Of a DNA stretch of 64,000 bases, positions 25,101 to 37,600 are shown in pieces. The stretch covers positions 39,556,001-39,620,000 of the forward strand of contig NC_092351.1 of assembly GCF_963676685.1 (NCBI RefSeq). Direction: 5' to 3'. Both the position numbers and the translations under genes were made by a program. This DNA comes from Mytilus edulis. Taxonomy: Eukaryota. Position 1 is the first letter of the stretch; each line of letters starts with the position of its first letter. The notes beneath the pieces are model-generated. The model worked only from the letters and a program-made list of their open reading frames with translations, was not told the DNA's origin and searched no databases.

Positions 25101-25782
25101 CATTTATCATTTTTCAGATTAGCTTGAAATATTGGAGCAAAGGGAAGTTGACTGCTTAATGTCCGATGAGTTTTTGACAAAACTGACTAATATTGAATGT
25201 AAAATGAAGATGTAAAATCGTACAGAATTTAGAATGTATTTAATGTTTTCAGACTTTGTCATTTAGGCTTGATAATGTAATATCCATTTAGATGAGACTT
25301 TAACCTACCAACACAAGTGTAGCGATAAAATATCAAATATATTTTTGTAGCTTTGACTATACAGACATCACTAAATCTCTGTTTAGTTTAAATAAACTTG
25401 ACAAACATATCTTATATTTGAAGTAAAATGAAGATTTAAAATCGTATCCAAGTTAACATGTATTCAGGACATGTGGTGAATGGGTTCTGTAAATAAGAAA
25501 AAATATCAACGCTAGATTTCTAAATGACAGCAATGGTTACGAATTCCCTGAGTAGACCCACACATAAATAGTTTTCTTAAAGCAAGCTAAAACATATTAA
25601 AAGTATGTCTTGTTCTACTCTAAGACTCTAAGACTCTACATTTTTGTCAGGAATTATAGAATAAAGTCTTCAAATGTGTCATTAAACACGTAGAAAGTGC
25701 AATGATTCTCATATGTGTATAAATTATATATAACTATGGACACAATAACAATACTTTACTTTTGTTTCCCATAGATATCAGG

Positions 25783-26215
25783 ATTGAAATTAAGTATCAG
25801 CGCCAGACGCGCGTTTCGTCTACAAAATAATCATCAGTGACTCTCGAATGAAAAAAATGTTAAAACGGTCAAATAAAGTACAAGTTAAAGAGCATAGGAC
25901 CAACATTTCTTAAAATTTTGCCAAATACTGCTTAGGTCATATATGAGCACCTGAGATCACCCCTAGTTTTTGGTGGGGTTCGTGTTGTTTATTCTTTAGT
26001 TTTCTATGTTGTGTCGTGTGTACTATTGTTTTTCTGTTTGTCTTTTTCATTTTTAGCCATGGCGTTGTCAGTTTGATTTAGATTTATGAGTTTGACTGTC
26101 CCTTTGGTATCTTTCGTCCCTCTTCCTCAAGTAGAAAAGCCTTAGTATTTCAAAAGTTCTAAGTTTGTAAACGGTTAATTTATAATTATGTCCATATCAA
26201 TGGTAATGCATGTTG
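25783..26215 (-). repeat. Retrozyme-like repeat with hammerhead motif (25800-25846), interrupted by a Penelope-like 3' fragment (~25944-26122)
   Basis: Reverse complement gagagtca ctgatga tta ttttgta gac gaaacgcgcgtc tggcgc (stem II damaged). The insert matches 41063-41235. Confidence 0.7.
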
Positions 26216-26446
26216 ATTCATGTCTCATGACTGATTCCTCTAAAATCAGTCCATATGTGTGAAACAAAACTTTAGCAGTTATTGTATTTAAAAGAGTTGG
26301 TAATGTAGTGGGTAAAACAAACGATAGCACTGGTAAACAAGTAATTTCATTGCTTTTCCAATACTATAACTATAGGAAACAAAATCTTGTATGTTTGTTG
26401 TTTATTTTTTTGGCAGAAGGTGAAAGATTGTAAAACTCTTGTTTAA

Positions 26447-26740
26447 ATGAGTGTCAAGTGGTGGAGTTGAAACTATCTCTTTGAAAATTCGAGGACGCCA
26501 CCAAGAATTGATTGACCGCCATGAAATTTTTGTTTCACAGATGACGATGGATTATGTTCCAATCGTCATACCCACAATCCCGTCCTCCTTTTCCTCGAAT
26601 GATATCTACCGTATAAGGCTAATCCCCGGCTTTATAGCTACATGCGTACTACGACGAATGCCACATATGTAACAGTATTTGTTTACGCTTCCGGAGCACC
26701 TGCGATTCATTCCTTAGTTTTAATGGTGTTCGTGTTAATC
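26447..26740 (+). mobile_element. Degenerate Penelope-like retroelement fragment (RT C-terminus)
   Basis: SLKIRGRHQELIDRHEIFVSQM is homologous to SLRKFYGRHHELVDRYGITVSQM at 40850-40915. Confidence 0.7.
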
Positions 26741-26769
26741 ATCTGTTCGATTTTTTATTTTTTCAATTT

Positions 26770-27640
26770 TTGGTGTTTTAACGCCACTTTTTAGCACCAC
26801 TTTTTGGCGGCCAGTTTTTATTGGTAGAGGAAGCCGGAGTGCCAGGAGAAAACCACTGACCTTAGATAGGAAAACTGACAATCCTAGGGTGCAATCGACA
26901 GTTTTTTTCTATGACGTCATATTTTGAGGGACCATGTATAAGTGACCCTTAGTGGTGGACTGATTAATGAAGATACCTGTATAAAACTAGATATCACTGG
27001 AATCAGAATGTTCTCTAGTTTATAATGGAATAAAAAAAAGTGTACTTTTAATAGTATAAAAAAGTTTTATCCAGAGAAACTGGGAAAAACATTGCCTAAT
27101 TTAAGCTTAAAAAACCTGAAATCAGGTCATGTGCACACCCCTGAAGACATGATACCTGCACATTTTTCATTATCAAAGTTGTATGAATTTCCTAGTTTTT
27201 TACCTGGTCTTTCAAAAAATTCATGCTTCAGGGTACGTTCGCCTGCTCCGAAAAGAGCTACACTTTCACTGCCAAAAAAACAGACTGTTCACAGTGTTGT
27301 CTCCCCTCAAAACATGAATATTTAATCTAATTTTTTAAATTATAATAATCATCTAACCTGTTTTAATTGAAGTTAATTAACATATCTTTACAACCAAATA
27401 CAAAAAACATGATACTTTTTCACCAATTATGTTGATAAAAAGGGACTTCCCTCCATGTCTATTTTTAGTTGGGGAATAACCCCTAGTTTTTTTTTATACG
27501 AAACTGTTTATAGCACCCCTAGTCAATTAAGATTGGAGTCGAGTGCACCCACACTAACGGGGTTCGAACTCACAACCTCAGTGTAGACTGGCCAGTGATT
27601 GCAGTAGTAACTACTTCAACCGCTCGACCACCGAGGCCCT
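26770..27640 (-). mobile_element. tRNA-derived SINE split by a MITE insertion
   Basis: Head at 27522-27640 (A-box ggtggtcgagcgg, B-box gagttcgaaccc) continues at 26886-26770 (ggttttctcctggcactccggcttcctc...gtggcgttaaacacc). Confidence 0.7.
26887..27518. mobile_element. 632-bp TIR element (GGGTGC...GCACCC), TSD CTA (or CCTAG), Harbinger-like
   Basis: gggtgcaatcgacagttt / aaactgtttatagcaccc; removing it restores the SINE sequence gacaatcctagtcaatt. Confidence 0.75.
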
Positions 27641-29965
27641 TCTGCATGATCGACGTAATTCAGGAATATGACAGCTGTTATCCATTTGTTTGATGTGTTT
27701 GTGCTTTTGATTTTGCCATTTGATTAGGGTCTTTCCGTTTGAATTTTCCTTGGAGATAATTTCAAAATCAAAATCGTCTCGTTTGTCATAGATGCTTGTA
27801 CTGAGATGACATTTCATGTTAAATTCGAGATATAAGTCTCAAAAATGAAGCAGAGGAGGCCATGTCCGTTGTTTGTATAATTTCTAAAGGATATAATAAT
27901 GGAACCCAATCAATCTAATTTTTTTTATTATTGAGAAATTCATACAACTTTAAAAAAAAAATACCTCTTTCATGTACCTTAGTAAATTGGTATCCATCAA
28001 ACCTTATACGTCGTAATATATTATTCATTTATGAATTTCTCTATGTTTATTGGTATTTCTTTGTTTGTACTATATTCCTGTCACGTAGTGTTGTTATTCC
28101 AGCGGTAGGTTTAACGATGCATTATAAGCGTGAAGTGTTGCTAGCCATAAAATCGGGTTCAATCCACCATTTATTCTTAAAATGTCATGGATCATGTCAG
28201 GAGTATGGCTGTCGTTATATTCCGTTTCTATGCATGCTGGCGTTTTCTTTTGTTATAGTTTAGTTTTTCTGTTGTTCCCTTGTTTCATCGTACACTTGAC
28301 GTGTTTCTCTCGGTTTTGAGTTGTCAACCGATTTGTTTCTTTCTAAATCGAATTATTTACTTATGAACATATCTGCATAACTGTTGTCTTTCTATATATA
28401 CACCAGTTGCTAACTGCAGACGATAATCAATGTGTTCTTATAAATGCCACTATGTAATTTACGGTATACCTTCTTGGAGAAACTGAATGGTTATAAATTG
28501 ATTACTAACAAATATTTTTTTTTTTGCTACATTTTTATTGAAAATGATCGTTAGTATTTTCGTTTGACTAAAAAAAATTACTTTCGCCGCTATTCAATTT
28601 AAATGATTTCCAAAACGACGTAAAATGGAATGTTTCAACTATTTAGCATCATAATGACATTTACTGTCGAAATTTGATGTAGATAAATGTATTGCATCTA
28701 ACCTTGAGTTACGTTAAACTTTATGTCGCATATATCCTATATCAAAGCTTCGCCAAGGGTCGATAGGTTAACTCAATTTGTGACAATAAAGCATAAGTTT
28801 TATGCCAAAATCAAACTCTCAATTATACCATACAACTGGATAACAACTTTCATATTCCTGACTTGGTACAGGCATATTCTTATGTAGAAAATGATGGATT
28901 GAACCTGGTTTTGTAGCTAGCTTAATCTCTTACTTGTATGACAGTCGCATTAAATTCCATTATATTGACAACGATGTGTAAACAAAACAAACAGACATAA
29001 TGTAAAAATGTCAAAAATAGGGATACAGAAGTCAATTTTGTGTTATAATCTAAATCACTACAAAAACAAACAGATATGTAACAAGGAAGCACAAAAAAAG
29101 TCATATACATATTTATGACTTGTTGTGCTTCCTTGTTAAATATCTGTTTGTTTTTGTATATACAAAGCCTATCAGCAAAAAACACAGCCTAGACAACTTT
29201 TGAATGAGTAGAACGGGGATGATCTTCAACTTATGTGCTCATGAAAGGTAGGCAAATCCTGCGCCACATTTATTTGGCGACCGTCGTGTTGCTTATATAA
29301 TCAATAACCCGGTGATAAGCCGAATCACGTCATATGTATGAAAGAAACACAAAAGGCATATAAACAAAACCTATTAACACAAATGAAAGACAAGAATACA
29401 AAAATTATCTTGGAGCAATAAAACAATGACGGGATGTATAAGTACAGAGCTACATCATATGTATCAAAGAAACACAAAAATGGTAAATTGACAAGAGTAC
29501 AAACATTATTATAGAACAATAATACAATATCAAAGTGTATCAGTACAGAGTCACGTCAATGGAAATCACAAAAAAAAAACAACATACTTAACATTAAAAG
29601 TAATATTCATAAAGACAAATACAAGAATACTATAAAACGTTATTAAGATGATATGCAACGTCAGTACCCAGAATCTATACTTCAAGACCATCGTGTATTA
29701 TTTGTGAAATTAATTCTGAATATTTATCAACAAGGTCTTGGAAATCTCCGATGAACTCAATTTAAGAAAAATGGACTAGACGTTCATTGACATAACCCTA
29801 GTTTATCACTTTCAGACACGGGTGACGTTTAACATAGTCTGAGTAGGAGTTGCAAGCTCTTGAATTTCGAATAAGTTGTGAAATGTATGCCATATGCAGG
29901 TGAAGATAGTATAGTGCTACTGAGGTAGGGGATTGATAAATTCATATGGTATTTAGGAAGAAACT

Positions 29966-30201
29966 TTATCTCTTTTCACATACATATCTACACGTCTTCG
30001 ATTCAGAGGTAGGGTAGTCATGCCACAGTAAACCTGTTGCACAGACATCGATACCGAGATTTCTAGGCTGGTTTCCACCATTTGGTTGTCCAGCCTCCCA
30101 GTTAGTGTACCCAAATGGTGTTCCGTCATCGTAAGTCCAAACACCAGGTACAGCATAGTTACTTCCTTGCACACATACATACGCCGTATCAGGTAAACCA
30201 G
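29966..30201 (-). CDS. PAN/apple + C-type lectin gene A, exon 3 (CTLD C-terminal half; QPN and WHD motifs)
   Basis: Acceptor ttttcag|; AGLPDTAYVCVQG...WTYDDGTPFGYTNWEAGQPNGG...LLWHDYP...RYVCEKR*. Confidence 0.9.
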
Positions 30202-30269
30202 CTGAAAAGGTAAAATCTATTTATTATCTCACTTTTTAAATAATTAAAAAACCGAAAATTAATTCAATT

Positions 30270-30677
30270 TAAAACATCAGAATTATCTAGACTAATTTAC
30301 TGACAAACATAAACAATGCCTAGTTTAACTCAATGGGTAACATCAGAAATACCTCGATTAATTCAATGGGTAACAGCAGAAATACCTCGATTAATTCAAT
30401 GGGTAACATCAGAAATACCTCGATTAATTCAATGGGTAACATCAGAAATGCCTAGTTTAATTCAATGGGTAACAGCAGAAATACCTCGATTAATTCAATG
30501 GGTAACATCAGAAATACCTCGATTAATTCAGTAACAATAATAAAAAATATCTAACTTAATTCTATGACAAACATCAGAAATATCTATATTAGTTCAATAC
30601 AAACATCAGGAATATCTAAATTAGTTCAAGACAAGCATCACAAATACCTGTATTAATTTAATTACAAAGATCAGATA
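30270..30677 (+). repeat. 33-bp intronic minisatellite
   Basis: Unit aattcaatgggtaacatcagaaatacctcgatt, ~6 clean copies plus degenerate flanking copies. Confidence 0.9.
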
Positions 30678-32242
30678 TCTATACTATTAAACGAGAAGAC
30701 CTCATTTTGTGTGTCGCTTCTCTTCCTTCCACAATAAATTAATCATCATGCCTCTGTGTTCTTTAGGTAACATGCATAGTCGCATTTGTCATCCATTCTT
30801 ATGATTATTCAGATTGAGTTATTTTGGGAGAAAAACGACAAAATAGGTGTCCGGATATTGTTTACGATATCAGACTGACTATTCATAGATAAGACTTCCG
30901 GTTTTAACATGCACAAGAACAACCAATCGTATGATAGATAACAAAAATGCAAATTAAATAAGTCAATCAGAGCGTTCTCCATATCATGGTTTTTAGATCG
31001 CGAGAACCACAACTATTATACCTCCTTAGAGACAATTATGTTTTCGCGTTTATCTACTGTACACTACGATTAGACTACTATAATATACAGAGACTCTCTG
31101 TATTCTGTCTATTTTTTTCTGAAATATTTACTATCTAAGGGGTCATACCAACCAGTTGCATATATATTGAAATCAGTAAAACATGTGGAAACAAGAATGT
31201 GTCCATAGTATACGGGTGCCACATCGGCACTATCATTTACTATGTTTAGTTGACCGTGAAATCGGGTAAAATCTCTAATTTGGCATGAAAATTAGAAAGA
31301 CCATATCATAGGGAACTATTTACTAAGTTTCGAGTTGGTTGGACTTCAACTTCATCAAAAACTACCTCGACAAAAACATTAACCTATAACGGGACAGACA
31401 GACGAACGAACGGACGAACAGACTAGAAAACATTAATCCCATAAATGGGGCATAAAAAAATATTGTTGAAAGTGAAAACTTTAAACTGAAACCGGACAGA
31501 AGGTCGGACAGACAAACGAACGGACGAACAGACGAGAAAACATAATTCCCATAAATGGGGCATACAAATTTATTGTTCAAAGTGAAAGTAGTAATTTGGC
31601 CAAAATAAAAGTAGGGTAGAGATTAGAGGGAGGCAGGACTTATTCGGAACTTCGGGATCGGGTGTTTTTAAGCTCGGGATTTCGGGATTGATCTTTAAGG
31701 GATGCGGGAATATTTTTTAGTTTATTTCGGGATGTCAGGATATGAATTTCGTTAAAATACGCACCCCGGGATTTCATTTTCTAAGCCTGGAATTTCGGGA
31801 TCAGGGCCCCCAGACCACCCCTCAAATGAGCCTTAGTCATTTATACGAGATTCAAATCCTACCATTGGCATGTTAATGTGGCTCTCAAAAGGAAAAGCAC
31901 TGATGGATTCTCCTAGAAGCACATTTTATTAGAATAATAATGATATATAAGCAGTTTCATTTATTTTATGTTTGAAGCGGTGCAAATTTTTAATTTAATT
32001 CGACTTTTACCAAAAATTGCATTGTAGCAAAGGGGAAGAATAGTTGTGGTATAAAGCCAGACACACGAACAATATTTGAATTTAACAGAAAGGAAACACA
32101 TAACCGTAACGGACTTTGGAAAAAAGGGAGAGGACATTTGATACCTTATATGAAATTCTCCAGTCATAATATCTTTTACAAAAATTCATCCTACAACAGT
32201 TTACAAGCTGTAAATTCCCGCGATTTCGCGGGTGTGTTCTAG
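30678..32242 (+). mobile_element. Non-autonomous Helitron with nested elements
   Basis: A|TCTATACTATTAAACG ... CCCGCGATTTCGCGGG hairpin, CTAG|T, no TSD; contains 31190-31565 and a cgggat-repeat element at ~31625-31825. Confidence 0.85.
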
Positions 32243-32585
32243 TATTTAAATTAATTTAAATAACAAAACCCAGAATTGCCTAGCTCAATTCAATTAGTAA
32301 CCGAGAAGTACCTAGATTCTTTCAATGGCAATTATAAGAATTACCCAGATTATTATAAAGACACTCTTATCTGATATTATCAAGAACTTGTTTACCGATA
32401 CAAGTGAGATTTTTAATGAGCTAAAAACAGGTTAACTCCACCAATTACTACAAAAGCAAAAGCCTGTACCAAGTCAGAAGTATGACAGTTGTTTTCCGTT
32501 CGTTTGATTTATAGGTTTTGTCATTTGATAAAGGACTTTTCGTTTCAAAAGTTCATCGAAGTTCGGTATTTTTGTTACTTTTTAC

Positions 32586-32774
32586 CCAGAGCGTGTTCCA
32601 TATAGGCTTGTTTCTCAGCTGAGTCTACACGAATCAGTTCAGACCCTTTGGCATTGCACTGGCTAACGATATCTATAGCTGGATCTTGCATGTTCATGTG
32701 TGTTCCATCTTCAATTCTGTAGCACAAATCCAATGGTCTGTAGTACAAAAAGTTTGTCGGACACCTTCCAGTTA
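32586..32774 (-). CDS. PAN/apple + C-type lectin gene A, exon 2 (CTLD N-terminal half)
   Basis: tttttag| ... |gtaaaa, 189 nt, phase 1-1; LTGRCPTNFLYYRPLDLCYRIEDG...QCNAKGSELIRVDSAEKQAYMEHAL. Confidence 0.9.
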
Positions 32775-34469
32775 CTAAAAATATGAGACAATGTTAAATC
32801 TTATAAAGTTACTCATCTTTCTGCTGTACCTATTTTCTATGTTTATTTTCTATACCAGCACAAATAATTTATCACATGTTGGCGCCCTATAAATTTTAAG
32901 GATTCTCCATATATGGGATATCATTACTAAACATGTCCAATAAAAGCCCTGCCTGGGAAGTCAACCATTGGTATGCCCTGATCGAATGACATGGCCTTGT
33001 TTATGTGTAGAAGCAAGATATTCAATTAAAAGTTTTGACTAATCATAAACTTTCAACACGATGACCATGCAAATATTGTGCCATTATGAAAAACTAAAAT
33101 TCTACGCTTACAAATGAAAATATGTGTTTGTTAAAGGAAGGCCCAGAGAGTGTCCGTGAACAATCCATTAACAGCGATGAACTTGACACGTGTCTTTTAA
33201 GTACAGAACACAATCTAACTGGAAAATGAACCAGATTCATAGTTTATAAGAGATTAAAAAAATCTCGTTTGGTTTGTTTGAGCTTTTGATTTGACCATTT
33301 GAAAAGTAATTTTCCTTTTTGAATTTTTTTCGGAGTTCAGTATTTTTGTAATTTTACTTTTTTCAGTACCCACTGTTTACACAAACTTAAACATGGAAAA
33401 TTAATAGGTCTTCTAAAAAAGGATTTCAAAGTAAAATTGAAATAACTGTTACAGAAAAAGTAAAATTAAAAGGTCTTTTAAAAACATAGCATTTCACGGT
33501 AAAAGTTGCAAAGAATTGTTGAACAAAATGTCTGACATTCCTATACAATATTAAAAATACTAATCACAGGCTTTGTGCTGTACAGTTCGTGGCAAAACTC
33601 CTAAATATAAGTTTTGTATCTGTGGAACGTGATCATTTTTTCTTTTTGTACGCTATGGCATTGAAGTTAAAAAAAAAAGCAAAAAAGTCATCCAAAAGTA
33701 CATATCAAGATTCAATTCAAAAGTTGCTGTTAATTGCCGGTAGAGCGGCAATAATCTATGTCCATAGAGAATGAATTTATTTGCACAAAAATGCACTTTT
33801 AATCGAGTGCGCCGTAAAATTAACATTTGAGTCGACCCCTGTCGTTTTTCTAGTCAATTTTGGTGTCAACAGTCCATACCGAGACTTTCCCTATATATCT
33901 ATTTAGAAAGCATGTTGCTTAAACCAGACAATTACCACATTGATATATAATAATGTCCGGATGACAGAAAGACACAAGTAAACCCGGAACCTTACTTTAT
34001 TAAAAGATATAAATATCTGATTGTCTGAAAGACACAGTCACGTTGTTTTCATTGTAAGTCTCAAAGATAACTCTGCTGTATAAAAGAATTTTTTGAATAC
34101 TTGAGAGAAACAAAATCTCTAAAATCTTCCACGGTTCACGAACAACGAAATGTCTATTTTGTCCTAATATCGAGAAAAAACAATGAAAAGAACTGAAGTA
34201 TCGAGATTGTACAGGAAAGGGGTGTTTCATTGCTATTCTAGATAAGAAAAGTTAATGACGAAGCAATGATTTATACGTTTAAATCACAATGTTTGCAAAT
34301 TGACCTTACAATTCATTATACTGTACAAACATTTTGTACAACATTATCAACTCTCCAATATTCATTTCATTTGAAAATTGAAATAGTATTAAATATAAAT
34401 TGAAGTTTTTAACATAATTCATTAAATCTAAAATATTATATAAAAATAGCTTTGATGGAAAGTACTTAC

Positions 34470-34713
34470 AATCAACGATTTGATAAACCTCCCATCCCAT
34501 TTCTATTCCAGTCGGGGACTTATAATGAAATGTCTTAGAATGAAGAATACACTGTTCATTAACATTTTTGAAAAATAATGTAAGACACGTGTTTGTCCGG
34601 AGACATAACATTAAACATTGTAATAAAGCAATGTTAAATGCTACACCTACGTTATCCTCGACTTGGTAGGTGTTTTTCAGACTTTCGATATTTATTCCAC
34701 CTAGATGTTCCAT
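34470..34713 (-). CDS. PAN/apple + C-type lectin gene A, exon 1 (PAN/apple-like domain)
   Basis: LLQCLMLCLRTNTCLTLFFKNVNEQCILHS...GWEVY = C-x3-C-x5-C...C PAN pattern; donor T|gtaagt. Confidence 0.85.
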
Positions 34714-37174
34714 CTCTTGTTCAAAGGATGAAATAATAGGTATAACGTGATTTAATTTGTATATACTTTGTAGTTTGGTTTAAACCAATAATTAGTATAT
34801 ATACCACAAGATCAACAAGATTCAAGTATTTCCGATGGGAAAAGTCATGTGTTTTCTTTTTAATCAATCAAATATATTGTATTTAGTATCCGAAAACCAT
34901 ATTTGTGACATTGCAAGCCACCCTAAGTTCAAGTTTTGTTTGCACATTGATTTTTCTTATTTGTATTTTATTTAAACTTTTCAAACAATGTTCATTAGAA
35001 TATACAATAAAGGAGAAATAGAAAAGAACAGCAACAATTTAAGTACAAATGATATTGGGAATTCAATTTACCAATAAAAAAAATGTATTGATATTTACAT
35101 GTACTTTTATGATCATTTATATCGTAATAAATTTCTTAATCACTAACTACTTAAAAAAAGATTGTTGTTTCTTTCAAACACTTATTAAAGTAAAATAAAA
35201 AAACAAATTTTAGCAATCATTTAGGTTCAATTTCGTCATAAGATAGACAACATCACTTGTAAATCAATAAATGAGTTTACTAATATTTAATTCATTAAAA
35301 TAATAAGAATGTGAAGCAACACGAATGAAAGTTATGAAGAATGATGACGATCCATATCAACACAAACAACCCATACTGTTTGACAGTCAGAAAAAAAGGG
35401 ACAAACAATGATTACTAATGTTAAAAAAGTGAAAAAAATAACCATTGCCGAAAAAAGAAAATGTTGCTTTTAATAAAAGAAAACGAAAACCGAAAAGACA
35501 AATACCTGTACCAAAAAATACAAAAAAGGATATATAATGACGGCAAATAAAACATAAATGTTTCACCTAATCACAACAGTAAATTAAACCAAAACCAAAT
35601 TGTGTCCGTAAATATTTCCGAAACACGACCTTAAATTTAACTTACAATCAAGAGCTTTTGGTTAGTTTTGTTTCATTCATATGCTCAAACTAAAAATAAA
35701 GTTAAATTCTATTGAAATTCCATATGAGAGGATCTATATATACTTATAAAAGCGTTTCAAAATTTTATATTTTTTTCCAGAAATTTAAAATTTCGGTTCT
35801 TTATGATTCTTTTGAAGGTATTTTTTATAAATCATTGAAATTTGCATCTAAAGATAAAAAGGAAGATGTGATATGATTGTCAATATGACTACTCTCCACA
35901 AGAAACATCGGTTGCCAAAATCAACAAATTTGTATCCAAAAGATAATTTTTTTATGATAGATACATGTATTCCGCTGACGTTTATTGAAGACTAATTTAG
36001 AATTAAATCAAAATAGTGTTTAATTTTAAAGTACATGCATTTGGATGAGATGTTAAAAGTTTAAGATTCAAAGATTTGAAAATATTTTGCCGTGTTGGGA
36101 AACAAAATCAGAGAAAATGGCGCAATTCATTTTTATCTAAATACTGTGCAATTAACATAATTTGCTTTCAGATGAAATAAATGTAATGTAATTTACCTTC
36201 AAAATACATTTTCCATAATTGTAACGTATTTAAAAATCAAAATCGTTTGTGATAAAAGAGAAGAGAAGAATACCGAAGGAACACTCACACTCATAATTGG
36301 AAAAGAACGAGAACTAAAGACAAACAACAGTTTACACAATACAACATAGTAAAAAGAGAATGAAGTTACGAAAATAAACTGAATTTCAAAGATATAACAT
36401 GATCACCAATTACAAATGCTCTTAATCTCAACCCTCTTCTTTTTAAAATGTCAATCAGCGTAAAATACTATATTATGAAACAAACTGTGAAAAAAGGGTG
36501 AAGAAAAAAACATCCAATTATAAATGTTCATGAATTATTTGCACAAATTTTAAGTATAAAAGTTGAAGCAGCTGACATATGAAATGTCATTTACTGGTGT
36601 TAAACATCAGCATATTGACCGAAACGTATTGTAATGGGTTAATCTTGTTGGTAACTTAAGTTTATTAATGGGTGATGATACACAGCGAATATGCAAGGCG
36701 AGTAATGCAAAACATAATTATCTATCTTCTATTGGATGATGTTTTATACTAATGAAGTAGTAGAAAAGTTGCCTCCCAATCATATCTAAATTCATCCCAA
36801 GTTTTTATTTGTATTCGTATTGCTCAATCTTGAGTTTCTGCGTTTGTTTGTGTGCAAACAAACTATATTTAATGGGTATGGTCTATTAAGATAATAAAAA
36901 TTGATGAACTAACAGAGGTACAAATATATAAAATAAGCCTTTATGTAACAAACCTGTGATTGTTCCTGGTGAAGGTAATTTCAGAAGTGAAGCACATAAC
37001 GATGAAAAAAAAACTTTCCCTGTTTCATTTCAATTGACAGATCAAATTTTTTTTCAGATTTGAAATATGCAGAATTTGACATAAAAATCCAAGAACGATT
37101 CAAGGTTAAGGCCATACTTTTTTTGTTTTTACGTTAAAGGCTATACTTTTTTATTTTTACATTATAGATAAATA

Positions 37175-37600
37175 TTGCTGGTGGACGTTTTGTCCCAGCC
37201 CAGTAGACAGCACGCTAGTGTTGACATGAATATCAATTATATGGACATTTTTTTATAAATTAACTGTTTGCAAATGTAAAGATTGTTCGAAATACTAAGG
37301 ATTTCCTTATCCCAGGCATAGATTACCTTAGCCGTATTTGGCACAACTTGAGCGTCACTAATGAGTCTTATGTAGACGAAACAAGCGTTTGGCGTATCAA
37401 AAATATAAGCCTGGTACCTTTGATATCTATTTACACCACAGGGTCGATGTCACTGCTGGTAGACGTTTCGTCCCTGAGGGTATTACCAGCCTAGTAGCCA
37501 GCACTTTGGTGTTGACATGAATATCAATTATATGGTCTTTTTTTTTTATAATTAATTGTTTGAAAAAGTAAACATTATTCGAAATACTAAGGATGTTCTT
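37175..37600 (+). repeat. Partial tandem (~280-bp period) retrozyme-like repeat with mutated hammerhead at 37352-37395
   Basis: gtgttgacatgaatatcaattatatgg...gaaatactaagga occurs at ~37218 and ~37509; gcgtca ctaatga gtc ttatgta gac gaaac. Confidence 0.7.

Noticed and set aside
24685-25110. 141-aa ORF
   Set aside because: No recognisable domain or splice context; lies in AT-rich, probably transposon-derived sequence.
30316-30534. ORF with repeating LIQWVTSEIPR peptide
   Set aside because: Translation of a 33-bp minisatellite antisense within a lectin intron.
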